Below, piece by piece: positions 11,853 through 26,800 of a stretch of 64,000 bases of DNA. The position numbers were made by a program, and so were the translations under genes. Position 1 is the first letter of the stretch, and the number at the start of each line of letters is the position of its first letter. The notes beneath the pieces were generated by a model. The model did not search any database. It was not told the DNA's origin and saw only the letters and a program-made list of their open reading frames with translations. The stretch lies in NCBI GenBank assembly GCA_964234715.1, contig OZ174275.1; one strand, given 5' to 3'. Source of the stretch: Podarcis melisellensis (lineage: Eukaryota).

Positions 11853-14800
11853 GCTATTTAACCTCTCTGGGTGGCTGGGCATGGGAAAGAGCAGGCTGGA
11901 GATCAAGGCGACTCTGGGTGGAAAATTCTAATAGCTGCATTTTGGATGGATGTTTAGACATTCTTTCTTTCCTAAAACTTGTTAACATCAGCACCATTTT
12001 TTTTGCACCCAGCTAGACGTTTTGAAGCATCTAGGAGCAATTTCACAATGCAATAAAACAATTTTTAAAATGCATCTATAAAAACAATTTCAAATCCAAT
12101 ACAGATACTGACTAAGATAAAACTCTTCTCTCAGAGGGCTTGTTGAAAGTGGAAGATCTTAACAAACACCAAACAGGTAGTAGAACTAGTGCCTGATATG
12201 GCCTGATAAGATGGTACCTGCAGGAGGCCCTGCCCTGCAGAGCACAATGGATGATTGGATATATAAGGGAAGGAGATGATATTTTTGTCCTGGTCCTCAG
12301 CTGTATAGGGCTTTGTGCATCAGTACCAGCACCTTGTAACTAGCCCAGTAGTTAATTGGCAGCCAGAGCTGCAGCACCCATGTACTTTTGGAATAGGGTT
12401 CTTAGCCTTCCTGAAGCAATCTATTTGACTATTGTGGGCTTTCATGAGTGCAATGTAAAGTTTGCTGTCAAACTTAGCATCTCAAGAATTGAGACACTAA
12501 GAACATTGTCAGAGCACTGAGAAACATAAATATTTTTGGTGACATTTTTAGATTTCCTCTTCAATGCCATTACAAATGAAGTGATTCTAAATGAAGTTAT
12601 TGAGTGTTTGTGAGGTTATGTTGAACAATTTGTGTGGCACTGCAAATCATTTTGTTTGGTTTTTTTGCCTACGCATATTCACATTATTTGTGACTGTAGA
12701 GGCCAGAAATGAAATCTGCAATTCTGTGAAGTTCATAGGCTGAAGAAAGGGCCTCTGGACCTCCAGAATTACAGGCTGCATATTGTTCCAATGAGTTCTT
12801 AAATGTTTAATGTGTTTATTTTTTCAGTAACTTTGGATTCAGTAATGAATATTAAAAGAAGTTGGGGCAGTGGGAGATGAGGTAAAACAGTTGGGAAATA
12901 ACAGTTATCATGCAGTTCCATAAGGGTGCTGAGTTTCAGGGCTAGATCAGTAACTTCTGATTCGTTAAGGTCAGCGTTCTAGAGATAGTGATTGCTGAGA
13001 TTGAGTTTAGGGGAGAAGAAAGATGCTCATGTAGTCCTGAACCTGACTGTCACAGTGCTGGGAAGGAGATGCTTTCCCCACTACTATACTTTTGGGGAGA
13101 GTGGGGGTGGGGAAATTGAGTTTACAGGATCCACATATTCATGGTACGCATCTCTGAACCCTAATTCCATCTCTGGATAGTTTTAAGCTGTTAATTTTTC
13201 TGCTGAACTGGGCAGGGGGTTATTAATCAGAATTGGAAGAAGCACTCCGCCCCCCCTCCACTGATACGATTTAATTTTAATTGTGATTTTGATGTAGTTA
13301 TAGTAATTTTTGTGGTTTTAATATATCTGTAAACTGGGGTCTACACATGAAGGATGGCATAGAAATTAATCAAATAAATCTTGTGCTTCCTGGAGGGCAA
13401 GAAGCATGTTCAGTCTTCTTCAGGCTATTTTTGTGTACATGTGTGAGAGAGTATAAAGTGAATATGCAGAAACCATTGCCTTCTGTTTTGTTACCAAAAT
13501 GATAGTCAAAGGCTATCAGGTTTGCTATTAGAAGTAATATAAGCAGTTGACAGAATTGGTGTCTAGAGAGTAGCACTGCATTATTTTTTTTACTGGAATT
13601 TTTGAGTGCATGCAGAATTGCCCTCAAAAATAAGGTTAATCATCAACTAATCAGCCTCTTACTAACACAAGTTCCTCTTGTAATTTCAGAAAAAAGCCAA
13701 AGGACAGCAGCTGTTTGAACAGATCATGTACCATCTGGACCTCATTGAAAATGACTATTTTGGATTACGATTCATGGATTCTGCACAAGTAGCAGTGAGT
13801 GGCATAGGGGTTTTTTCCTTCTTACAGTAGTAAAGTTAATTAAATCATACAAGGCCAAACACAAGATTTGTGCAAGTGTTAAGTTGTTCTTGGTACAACA
13901 AAATTTATAGATGAGTTTAAGAAATTGTCCTGAACTTCGGTATTAAACCAGTTTCCCTTTTTCATGTCCTCTGTCCTAGTTTGGATAGTTAAAAAATAGG
14001 GATCAGAGAGTTGTTGGTTCTAATTCAAATCTCAAAAATGAGAATATGTCTAATTTCCCCCCTTTTAATTTGTATTGAAGTAAATCAAACAAATCAAGAC
14101 AATAAAATAATAGAAGTTCATGACTTCTGTTTCTTTCATAGTATGAAAAGTATTTTTTTAGTGCCTTGGAGTCTTTGTTGCATGTAATTCATGTTACACA
14201 CATGTTTATTGGATCATAGTTTAAAGGTCCTGGCCGCTTTGGACAGAACCATCAGAAAGGAGGGTCAGAAGGGGGTAAAACCCCCTTGGGCTTTCTGTGG
14301 AGGTGTGTGTATGACCTCTCAGTGCCCCAGACCTGACCCATAAAATCTTAATGCAGCATCATAGAAACTTTAAGGCAGGGGTGGGGAAACTCTTCCCCTC
14401 CAGGCCATGCTTTTAAAACCACACTTATCTGCAGGTCAACTATCATCACTCTGATGGGGGAGAAATAAGTTGATTGGGGTGGTGGGGTTTAATTTTGGTG
14501 TTGCTTTCAAAGCTCTGTCACCTACCACCATTATGATTTGGTCTTCCAGGGGTGGGGAGATAAGGATCTGGTCCACCAGGCAGAAAAGGATCCCCACCCC
14601 TGCTTTAAGGTCATCTGAGAAAAACTATCATTCCAAACTGCAGATCTGACTTCAGTGCAGTTGCAGTTCTGTGTGTTCTGAGAATGCAGGGCTCTAGTAA
14701 TCCCATCTTCCAGGATTGTTAGAATTCTTTTTTTGTGTTCTGGTCAGGCACAAAACCTTTCTGTTTTTCTCGGGTGTGTTGCTGGACTGTTTCACCCCAG

Positions 14801-17800
14801 TCTTAAATTCATGATTCAGTCAAAAGGCATATGCACCAAGCACACACACTTTAGTCATGATTTTGGTTAATTAAGTGTGTCTGTATATATTACATAGAAT
14901 TTCACAACTGAGATTATTTTGGTAGTTCTACATTGCATTTCCATCACCTCACATGTCAGTGCAATGAAAAACTCTTCTGACCTTAATCATATTTTCTTGT
15001 GACTTGTTCTTATAGCCTAGGGTTCCATGAGCCTCACTTGATACTGTATGATTTACTTGCTTTAGGCAATTTATATTTGTTTGCATTCAACTGGTCATTG
15101 TGCACTTGGAAGAGTGCATTGCTCAGTCTAATGCAATTGCTTCAGCTTTCTGTTTATTGTGATGCAGTGCTAATGTTTGTCAGGTATATAAAAAGTGGTG
15201 TTAAAGACCATGTCTTTTTTATTTTAATGAGCTCTGCCTTTTATACAAATAGTTGAATCTTGAATGATGTTGATGTAGTACAGGCTAATTCTGTGAGTAT
15301 GACTTGGGAGTTGCCTTTACAATCCAAGAGACTTTTATGTTCCTTTGTCTCTGTTGCTTCCCCCTCCCATTGTATTTTTGGTTAACATTGAGTTAGAAGG
15401 GACCCTAAACAACACCAATGCAAATAATTCACCTTAGTGCTATGTATTCAACCTTAAACCTACTGCCCAGGAAATCATCAAAATCATCCCAGGAGGAAAA
15501 AGGCTTTTGCATGTATTCATTTTGAATTACAGCCGGAGGTTCATGGCTTGCAGGGATGGCTAGCAGCCCAATAGTAGGGAGATCTGTGAGTAGCTTGGCT
15601 CAGGCCAAAAAAGTTGCAGGACACTTTCTCAGATTGTAAATTTTTCAGTTGGGAGTATCCTCTGGCTTAATCTTTTGACCCATTACTCTTACCTTAACCT
15701 TGCCTTCTTTCGTGAAGTGTGTATTTCTGCAGGATTAGAGTTCGTGCCTGACCCTGCTGAATTTGACAGCTGCGGTAGGAAAAGTAATATATTCCAAGCA
15801 CTGTGTTGCAGTTTACTTGGAGTAAAGTATAGTTACCAAGTGCAACTGCAACATGAGATCAGGTCTCAGTGTCTCCCAGGCTTTGTTCTGTAAAAGTAAT
15901 TCCCTCCCCCTCTTCTGTGTGCCAGTCAAGCTGAACTCTTGGAGATGGCGCTGGTGTTAGGAACTGAGTTGAACTAAGTGGTGTCGGTGCCTGTCTCTGG
16001 TCTGTTAACTGCCTTTCTGTGGAATGTGGAGGAGGTGAAGGAAAACAGATTGGAGATGAAGCAAACTTATACTTTGCCCTACAGTCTGGGAACATCTTTT
16101 CTTTTCTTTTCTTTTCTTTTCTTTTCTTCCTTCCCTGTCCCTGTTGTTTGTGTATATGGCACCATAGCACTTGTAATACTCTATTTTGGTGGATTTGTTT
16201 TCTTACCAAAGGAAACTTATGTTGGATGGGTGCAGACAACTGATGGAAAACTATCCAAAGAAGGCATGTTTATGATAAAACTTTCTATAATTGATTAATT
16301 GCATTGAATGAAATAATCTTATTTCGTTCCAAAGCAGTAGGACAGTTCCATGAAAATATCAACCAACAGGCCCTTTTTTATCTTCCTATATAGTTAACAT
16401 GCTATGTATCTTTTTAAAGATAGTTTTCCAAAGTTTTATTATCTGGCAACAGTTCTACACATGAGTGAAACATCCAGAAGCAGGGCATGCAGAATGATTC
16501 AGAATTTCTCTTAATTTTTTTACTAATTTTTAGCTAAATACTTTTCAATTCATTTAACAACCCGTTATTTTATTGGTAGTTTCGCTTTTGCTTTTGATAC
16601 CTGAGAAGAAATGGTATGTTAAGAATAAATATCAGTGAGGTCTTGTTTTGTAGGTTGCGTGTGAGTGAGTGACTTGCCACAAGCAACGTTGGTCACATTA
16701 AGCTGGTCACAGAAAACGTTTTCCCCACAGGGATAAATAAACAGTATGAGAAGTTTGACACTTGCCCATGAAACATTAGCTGTTTTTGTATGTGGCTGCA
16801 GATGGGGAAAATTGATTCACACTTTAAGAGAATACAGTTATCTAAGTTACAGATATATTCTTGAAGTTGCAAAACTCTTGTGTTGGTCAAATACTTTAAA
16901 ACACAGTTCTAAAAAGACAAACGTTAACTATTTGGCATGCTTCTTGGTTTTTGGTTTTTGTAGGGAATAGTTTAATGTTATTTGGACTTCAAATAATATT
17001 AGTTAACACACAAATTATTATGTAAACAAGCTTACAAATATAATGGTGGTAATTATGGAATTACCTAACAACAACAGGAACAACAACAGCTGTCATTTAA
17101 TTATGATTCCACTACTGCTACTCCGTTGGTATAGTTCAGGAACAGTTTAATCATGTGGTCTTTGTTGGTTTAGATGAATTTTGTCAAGTTTCCCAAATGC
17201 TTAGAAATTTGATGATGTAAGATGGGTGTATGTTGTTTCATACTGTTTGTAATGTATTTTAAATTGCAATCCTGGGGCTTTGGTATATTATTAGTATTAG
17301 TATTAGTATTAGTATCATCAACATTTGCTGCAGGTGGGATTAGAGTTGCTATAGCTGCTGTCATTGTGAACATCCTGTGTTTAGAGGTGAGCCCATATTT
17401 ATCACAGGGCTGCATGTGCCATTTTGGGTCAGTCTCAGTCTGGGGGAGTGAGGATTAGGTGATGTCAAGTTGTACTAGCATCAGGTCTGACAACCATCTC
17501 CATTATAAGATGCCTGTCGGCACACTATTGACTACAGCATGGGGTGGGGAGCCACGTAATGTATTCTGAATGATAGCAGTGGTATTTAAAGGAAAGCCTG
17601 AGGCCACAGGTGGTAACTCTACAGTATTATATTTGGAATGGTATCATTACATATAAGGATGTTATCACCTAGGAAAAATACTTGGCAGATTTAAGGAAAT
17701 ACCCAACCCGCAGTTAACATATTTTGTGAACTTAGCTGCTACATCCTTATGTTCTGAACTTAATGTGATCTGCAAGTTTTTATCTTGTACTGCTTGCTTC

Positions 17801-20800
17801 ATTCCAGCTGCTGAGCTCTCTGAGAGGAACTTGTATAAACAATTCATGCTACTGCTTGTGTCAGCACTTGAAAGAGACAATGCATTCCACAATACTAGTT
17901 TTTAAGCGTAACTGTGAGAAAGTTTGTGTGCTTGAATAGAAAGGATGCACTTTTAAGTGAAAAGTTACATTGGCATGCCTTTTCCTTTCGTAGATGGGAG
18001 ATATAATCTTTTCCATATCTCTTTGGTAAGATGGCAGCCTGAAACGTATTGAAACAATCCCAGCAGCTTTCTGGCTCTGACTTGCAAAGATACATTTGTG
18101 CTGCAAATTGCAGATCATGATTTCAGTGCTTGAGAAATTATTAACTTGCCTCTTGAAACGTATTCTAGCAAGCTGTTACAGTCAATTAACTGTAGGTCAG
18201 GCACACTTAATATGTTGCTCTTAAAATGCTTTATACTGCTTAGAACTATTTTGGCTTGTTCTGTTCTATGAGTTTCTAATTTGCATACTATATTTTTGTG
18301 CTGAAAGCATAAAGTTTATTATTATTAATTTTTCTTTCAGCACTGGTTGGACAACACAAAGAGTATTAAAAAACAAGTTAAAAGTAAGTGAAGTTTGTGT
18401 TTTTAAAAATCTGATTTACTTGAGTATCGATGAAGACTTCGTTTCCCCAAAATATACCATGGCAGTATGAAACTGTTCAAAGAACAATGTTGTAATGCCA
18501 AGTTTCTGGCATTACAACTGATCTTTGACTCACATTACATTTACTACATGACGTATTGAAAGTTAATTCAGTACAGGGCAAAAAAGAAAAGAAAAAAGGG
18601 GCTCCAATTGTTTAAAGATTCTGTAGCACATTTCTTTTTGCACTTTCTGCTTTATGAGTATTGGTGAACTATATTTTGTGGTTCGAGGACCCGTACCCCG
18701 CGCAGTGGAATGAAACACAAGGACCCGTGATATAAGGTTAATGGGCAAGAAAAGGCCACAACTTTATTGATTACAGCAAGTGAAAAGGTATTGGCTTAGG
18801 CATTGGATTACGTCAGCTGACTCCACCCACTCGGAGAGGGGTGAGTCTAAAAAACAAGGGGGGTTTATTCACCAGTAGGTGGAGCCTGTTGATGCTAATC
18901 CAACTATAAGCTCTCCCCTGATGTCACCGAGGGTCGTGCCATGGCCTCCCGCCACGCAGGCATCGGACAGAATACACCACCGCCGGATTCCTTTAACGGA
19001 ATACCCAAAAATTGAAGGCGCAGGCGATGGCCACACCTAGCCCTTCAACACCACAACACATTATTCCAATGCCTAACCTACCCACCAATACCACAAAAGT
19101 TGTGACGATTGCTACGAGGTAGGCGAAAAAACCAAAAAGCCTAATGCCAAATGGAAAAATTCCTACCAGGCCCCCCGAACAACCAGGGCGACCAACCTAA
19201 GGTCCATAGCAAGGCCAAAAGAAAACTGGAACCCTGCTCTAAGGGAGTGGAGGGTGGGTGACTCGTGACGGGACGACAAAAAGTGAGGGCTGGAGGCTGG
19301 TGCCGCAGCAATTTAGGCTGCTGTACACGTCCCCCCTTGAAGGCACCTGGTTGGGTGCCTGGCCGAGGGTGTGGGAGCCAGCCAGGTGAGTGGGAAGCAG
19401 GGGGCAAACGCCCCCTGCTTGAGGTGGAGTTCGGCTCCCGGCCACAACCACTCCCCTCTCTTGCAGGGAAGAGCGTCTTTAGTAATCTTTGCTTTGCTGA
19501 CCTATTGTGATGTGTATTTGTATTTTTTCTGTGACTGATATACATTAACTTTTTTAAAAGGAACTGTTCTAGTAATGTAAATCAAAAGGGGGAAGAAACT
19601 TTGAAGATCTGGTATTACAGGTGACCTGAATCAGTGAGTGTTGAGGAGGTGCATGAGTAACATATTCCTGGTTTAGAATTTAGAAGGAAATGAGGTGTGG
19701 AGTCGGCCGCAATAAAATGTTTAGCTAGCTGTCTTCCTATGACACAAACTAACAACTGGAGGTACTCCCCAAAACTTAAGACTGCCTGGGCAGAGTTTAT
19801 AAGGATTTGATTAGGGTACAAAGCTGAGATTGATGGTTTTCTCAGTTCATGGAATAGAGCCTTGTAATATTGGGATTAACCTAGATTTGTCTGTTCTTCT
19901 TGGCAAGACAAATCAACTTAATGTAATGAGACTGAATTGGCTTCTGGTATATAAAACTACTACTGTTTGTTTAGCATTCTCTATTTTTGCTAGTGTGCTC
20001 AGTATTACAGAAGGGATTCCCACCCCCTTTGAATTCTGATTAGTGAATATATTTACAAAATAATATCCTTGCTGTCAGAAACCTAATATATTCACTTTTG
20101 TAGTTGGTCCACCATACTGTCTACATCTTCGTGTAAAGTTTTACTCTTCCGAGCCAAACAACCTACGTGAAGAGCTCACCAGGTACGTCGTATTCAGTGA
20201 TACAAACTGGAGATCTCAAATCCAGTACAATGACCAATTTATGTGCGTCTATCACACACACATGCACAGCACCAAACCTGGAAGTGACCCTAAAACATCA
20301 CTAAAAGGGTGGGGAGGGGAGGGGTGGAACATTTTACATGGGTCCCTCCAATGCGTGCAAGGGTCAAGAACATAGCGTCCTGTGCAAAACAAGGATTGCT
20401 TGCTTGTTTGCAGTACATTTGCTTTTTGTGCTGTATCTGTCATACTAATCTGAATATGATTGTTGGCGGTCTCTCTTTTTCCCCGCTCATAGATGAATCA
20501 AAATTCCAATCCACCTGGTTATATCTCACTACTGTAATGTCCCTGAATGATAAAATTGCAGGGAAGGCATTTGGGCAGAATCTCACATACATTGTCACGG
20601 TTTCAAGGTGTTCCATTCCCACAGTACAGTGAATAGGAGTTCCCAACACTTCAGGGAACTGGTAGTTCTTTGGTGCTGGGCGTTTTCCTTTCTGCTGCGA
20701 GTAATCCTTATACCCAGTCCTTCTGCTCTGGCCTTTGCTGTAAATTGGGTCCTGATAATCTTTACAAAATCATTAATGAATTGTAGTTTTGAGGAAACAC

Positions 20801-23800
20801 TGAACTTTTATAGAAATATTTTTAGACATGTTTGGGAAACCCATCCACCCCCTTTCAGTATTGCACACTAGGAAATCAGAGAAAACAGAAACTACAAATT
20901 GGATATTCTTTTATTAGAATGTCATTCTCTTGCGATGAAATATACTGCTCCATGTTTCCATACTTGAAATGAGAGACCACAGTGCATTATCTCATAATTA
21001 AGTCTAGCTGCTGATATTTGCTGCTCTTCTCCAGTGCTGGAATTGTTCACAAACTCATGGATGTTTCTTGCTCTTTCTTCCTGAAATAGATATTTATTTG
21101 TTCTTCAGCTAAAACAGGACATTTTGAGTGGCAAGTAAGTACTGTTGATAATTATGCTAAATGAAGGGGGCTTGTCTCTTATCAAATATGTGCAGGGAAT
21201 TTAGGATACAAATATAGAACATGTGCATCTCCAAGATGCTGAAAGTATTAGTAGCTACTTACCATGCTTTGTAGCAGTGGACATTAATGGACTCTGGTAG
21301 TTATAATTAGCCATTTGTTTAGATTCTTTGCTCAGATTTAGTATTTAAAATTCCACAATTGCATCTTAGAAATCTTCCTAATTTTTTACCACCTAAAGCA
21401 GTGGTTCTCAAAGGGTATGGCCCAGAGAAGTAAGTTTGAGAACCACTGGCCTAAAGACTATGGTCAGGTTTCTGCAAGGATGTACGAAATAGGAGAATGG
21501 GGATGTGCTGCTGTTGGTGGTGCATAACCTGTGTGATGTCAGTTATTAATGGTTCCTTTAATTCAAATGCAGACTTTTTGGGACAGATTTGGTGTGGCGT
21601 AATTGAAGAATATATTAATGATTCCCCAGTCCATATAGTTGTAGGATCTAGGCTGACTTAGGCAAGCTTATTTGCTCCTTTAATGTAAAGCGTACATTTC
21701 CGAAAATCCAATTGCTATAGGAACATGGGCTTTAAGTATATTTCTGAGTAATATGTCAAGTTCGCTGAAACGGTTCACTACATCTTCCCCTTCCAAATCG
21801 TTGACCCATAATCATTTCCTCATACTGCCATTGAAATTTGCTTGACGTTCTTTTTTTTTCCATTGCAGGTTGGAGTGTCCATTTGAAACAGCTGTGCAGT
21901 TGTCAGCTTACATGTTACAAGGTGAGCTGCCTTAAGGGAACTGCCTTTGTGTGGGTGTATTGCTTGAGGTGCAGGACTGATTCAAATAAGACAAGGTTTC
22001 CTTCACAGATAGCAAACCTTATGTAAACTGCTGGTCACATTAATTGCCAGGGATTCAGATAAATTACTGTATTTGAGCTATATCTGGGCATTGTTGCTTT
22101 TTCGCTTTAGGGATATATTTTGTAGCCAGAGGATTATAACAGCTGATAGGGCTCAGTCATGTGAGGCTTATCACTAAGATCTTAGCTTTTTCTTGCTACT
22201 GTACAATCTAGCACGAGTGGGAAGTATGAGTGGAATCCTGGGGTGTGGACTACCTTATAGTCCTTGTGTAGGAAAAAGGGGGGCAGGCGTGAGAAGAATT
22301 AACTTACTTAAGTGAAATAAGTATTTTTCCATAGATGCCTCAGAGCTTTGGTTCCATTCAGAAAAACACTGTGAACCTCATATTGAGATTTGTTGGTTAT
22401 TTTGGCAAAGCAAGCACAGAATTCTGCACTTTGACCTCTTTACATTTGTACTTACTGAAAGAGTTGTCAGCTTGGAAGTGTTTATTAGGGATAGTTTGCA
22501 ACAGAAATTAAGTGTTTTATTCATTACCTTGCATGATTCGGTGTGTGTGGGTGTGCGCGCACGCACCTTTATGTCAACAAAATCCTGATTTCATTTTTAA
22601 GAGTAACTGCATTACAATGGGTTGTAGTCGCACAGCCTGTGCCTATTTTGGGACTTTAAAAGCTTTTTATATAGAAATAAGTCCAACTACATTCATTCAA
22701 TGAAACCTCTTAAGTAAGCGTGTCTAGAATCATTATTGCAAGATCGTTACTGCAGAGCAGAAGGAATTTTCTGTGATTCTCATAGTTCTGATTCTAGATA
22801 ACTGCATTGGAAGTAGATACTCATAAGTTCCTAAACAGTGTTCAGTGGCTGTTAGTCACGTATCAAATGTAGTTTTTAAAGTTATCTATATTTCCTGTGG
22901 GACTTAGAATCTTAGAAAGTATTATATATTCCTGCCAGGTAAAACAGTATGTTGCAAAAAGGTACTTCCCCACACAAAAGGAGTGGGTGCTACTGTGGTC
23001 TAAACCACTGAGCCTCTTGGTCTTGCTGATCAGAAGGTCAGCAGTTCGAATCCGCACAACGGTGGTGAGCTCTTGTTGATGTGTCCTAGCTTCTACCAAC
23101 CCAGCACTTCTAAAGCATACCAGTGCAAGTAGATAAATAGGTACTGTTGCGGTAGGAAGGTAAACGGCATTTCTGTGCACTCTGGCACTCGTCAGGGTGT
23201 TCTGTTGTGCCAGAAGTGTTTAAGTCATGCTGACCACATGACCCCACAGCCTTGGTACAAAAGGTTATATATATGAAAATAATTATAAATTAATGTTGAT
23301 CCTTTTTTTAATGTATGGCAACGAGGAACACACAAAAAAAATGATTTTCTGTATTGCTTAGATAGGAGAGGGGGACAGACTTTGCGATGTATTCTGACAA
23401 TCTTTCAGAGGAATTCATAAATTTGCTGTTTGTTGGGATGGTAAAACCCAACTCTTGATTTTTGTACCTACTAACAGTCTATAGATAGTAGTGTTCAGTT
23501 GACAGATAAGAACTCAAGTAACAGTGGTAAGATGGTGTTGGAAGATATTGGGTTTGATGGTATGGGTAGGCAACTCATATATCCGTGTAATAAGAGAAGA
23601 CAATATTTGAATCAATTCTGCAGAAGGTAGTAATTTTGCACATGCCCTCAATCAAGATTATGTCAGGAGGTTTTGTGCAAGTGGAGCATCTAGCTCTTCA
23701 AGAAGATTCATTGTTGTTATAGGAGGGCATAGAGGTAGGAGAGAAGCAAGTTGCTTGACTTTCCTTTAGTGCAGCCGGTCTAATTAAAGGTTAGATGCAA

Positions 23801-26800
23801 GAATGTAAAATGCAGCTACTGACAACCAGGGAAAATGAAGGCCTAGTGGATTATCATAGAAGAGGCACATTACACAACACAATGAAGTGTTGGTATTCAT
23901 GTTTCTGTAGTGGTGGGATGCAGAGATCCAACTCTGTGAAGAGGGCTGCAGCAAAGCCTTAAAGAATTCAGGCCTTGATCCCATTTTGGCATAGATTCTG
24001 TTTATAAATTTGCATGACAGTAAATGTTTGATTCCAGGCTTTGATGACAGTGCCCAGTAGACTGCTGAGTAGATCCTATTTAAATTAGCTGGAAGTTAAC
24101 CTAGCTTTGGAAGCACGCAAGCATCAAGTAAATTATGGATTTAGAAACTTCCTTAACTTCAAATTGAAAGACTCATGAAAATGCAGCTTAAAATATTTAT
24201 TCAATAAACTCAGTTGTGTACAAGGCCCAAGAAATCTATTAAAATATTTACATAGCACAAAATTTAACAAACATGTTATATTATTCAGTGCTGCTTCTTA
24301 CATTTCCAGCTGCTTCTTTTTACATTTTAAAAGACTGCATTAAAAGTTTCATGTTTGTGATGGTAAAAAAAGAAAGTGATCTCACCAAGCATCTGCAAGT
24401 CTGAGTATCTTAAAAAAAGAGGAATGAAAGAAGTTGAATAACAATGCTAGTTCCCCCGCCAACATACAGTTCCAGTAGTAAATGAAAATACTCTTCCATA
24501 TAAGTTTTTGTTTGTGCCTGTAGTTCTTCCAAAGCTGATTTAAGATTCAGTTTTAACATATTAAGATCAAAATACTGATTTCCCATTAAACTGTAAATAC
24601 TTAAATGAAGATTTTATTATCTTTGAATAAATGTTCAGTGTGTCAATGAAATGAGTCATTGTAGGCACTTTGGATTTTGCCATTTCCAAATTTGCTTTTG
24701 CTAGAATTTTCTTGAAGTATTCTTCTCTTTCCAGCTGAGCTTGGTGATTATGACCCTGCTGAACACATCCCTGATATAGTTTCAGAGTTTAGGTTTGTGC
24801 CCGAACAAACTGAAGACATGGAACTTGCCATTTTTGAGAAGTGGAAGGAATACAGGTAAAAAATCTCAAATGGTAAATTGCCACATCCATCCAACGCATA
24901 CCATTGTATGCATTGCTTTCTTTTGCTGAGTGAAAGGGGACTTTAAATTCCTATGAATACCTTCCTGAGTGTTGGTGTTGTATTTCTGTTGAGACAAACT
25001 AGAACATAGTCCAAAAGCTGCCTTCATTTTCTGAAGCGATCACAGCAAGCTACAAGACACATCTAAGACCAGATAGTATCGTCTGGACAATAGGGTATGC
25101 ATTTTATGCAGTCTACAGCCTTAGCACTTCTTAATGTTATCAGTACAGCTCTGTAAGCTTCCACAGCTTAATTTAGCAACTCAGTATTTTCTTAGCCCCT
25201 TGATTTCAAAACAAAACTCAAGTTGGCCATTATTAAAATTGAGTCGAGATCAGCACTATTTGGCTTGCTCTACGTATATCAAGTTCCCCTTTTTTGTATT
25301 CTTTCTGTAACCTCACTTTTTTATCAAGGCATGTCATTTTTAACTTCATGTGATTTTTGTGTAATATAAATCATTTCAGGGGGCAAACACCAGCTCAGGC
25401 AGAAACAAATTATTTGAACAAAGCAAAATGGCTGGAAATGTATGGAGTAGACATGCATATAGTCAAGGTAAGTTTATGGTTGTAGGCTGTGCTTTTGGGA
25501 GCGTTATTTTTAGTACTTCTATAAACATAAAAATACATAAACTTGCAGTCTTTGTAGCAATGAGTGGGATCTGCTTCTTATAATAGCCTAGTCTGCTTAC
25601 CTATACAAGTTACTGAGGACAATTTAGTTAATACATATCTTGCTGTGCATCTGCCAGAAATGGCTATGATCTGAAGCTCCTGCTTATATACCCAGCTGCT
25701 ATAACAGCAACCACATTTGTGAGCTTACCAAAGGTGGGCTGCATGGCTGGGTGGAGACTTTAACCCTGGTCTCCCATGTCCAAGTCCAACAATGGATCTC
25801 TAGGCCAGACACAATGAAATTATTATCCCAGTGTATTTTGTAGCTAAGAAATGAATTGCTCTGAAATTCTTAATCATAATGTTAAACATAATCGGAATAA
25901 ATATAAATCGTGGAAGTCTTGAGAGATGCTGAAAATAAACTGAGAGTGCTGAAAATAAACTGAGATTTAATATTGTTTGACTAAGGACCAGGTTTGCAGC
26001 CTAATGTTCAGTAATTCTCAAGAAACCACAAATGATAAAGCATAAATGTAGCTTTCAGTGTAGATTAATAGAAGTGAAATGTTCTATGTAACTATGTCTG
26101 TTTCTAGAATTCATATCTATCAACTTGGCTTGATTGAATCCTCAGAGTAGCAGACAATGCCCTTATAAGCAGTGAAAATAATATCCAGAGATAAAATATT
26201 TAATAAAACAAAAAATAATAATAGAATAAATGCTTGGTAAGGGGCTTGTTAATAACATCTGTGACTAAGGCCTTTAATTTTGCTGCAGTATCTTAACAGT
26301 GAATGAAAGTATAATTAAAGTAACTTGTACCAGCATAAAGTCACATCTGTAGGAATATTCTAATCTAATTTGTATCCCTCTTAGGCAAGAGATGGAAATG
26401 ATTATAGCCTCGGATTAACACCCACAGGAGTTCTTGTCTTTGAAGGAGAAACTAAGATTGGATTGTTCTTCTGGTAAGCAGAATAATTTATAAAATAAAT
26501 TATTTTAGAGTCTGCAGCCTAGCCCTAGGCTAGAATTTGTAAGTCTTGTAAGCAAGCACGGTTCTATGTTGGCATTCTCTGTGATTTGCCATAACAGAGC
26601 TCTAGGTGTGTTGTGAATGGGTGGAATGATTCTTGAAGATGGCTGTAACAGCTATTTAGTTTGGACTTTTGAGAAATTAATGTCTGTGTTAGGCTGCGTG
26701 TTTATTTGTAAAAAAAGAGTGGTTTTCCTGAGAGTGCAGATATGTCTGGGTATGGGACATTTATTCAGTAGGATGAGTGTATACTTCTCATTCACTGGAA

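Noticed and set aside
11665-12016. ORFs with SLSLSL runs
   Set aside because: Translation of the (TC)n repeat
16212-16229. 18-nt phase-0 microexon candidate ETYVGW
   Set aside because: AAG acceptor and gtgcag donor are both weak, and it would interrupt the FERM F1 fold
25925-25965. 20-bp direct repeat TGCTGAAAATAAACTGAGA(G)
   Set aside because: Simple two-copy tandem duplication with no spacers; not CRISPR-like and no evidence of function
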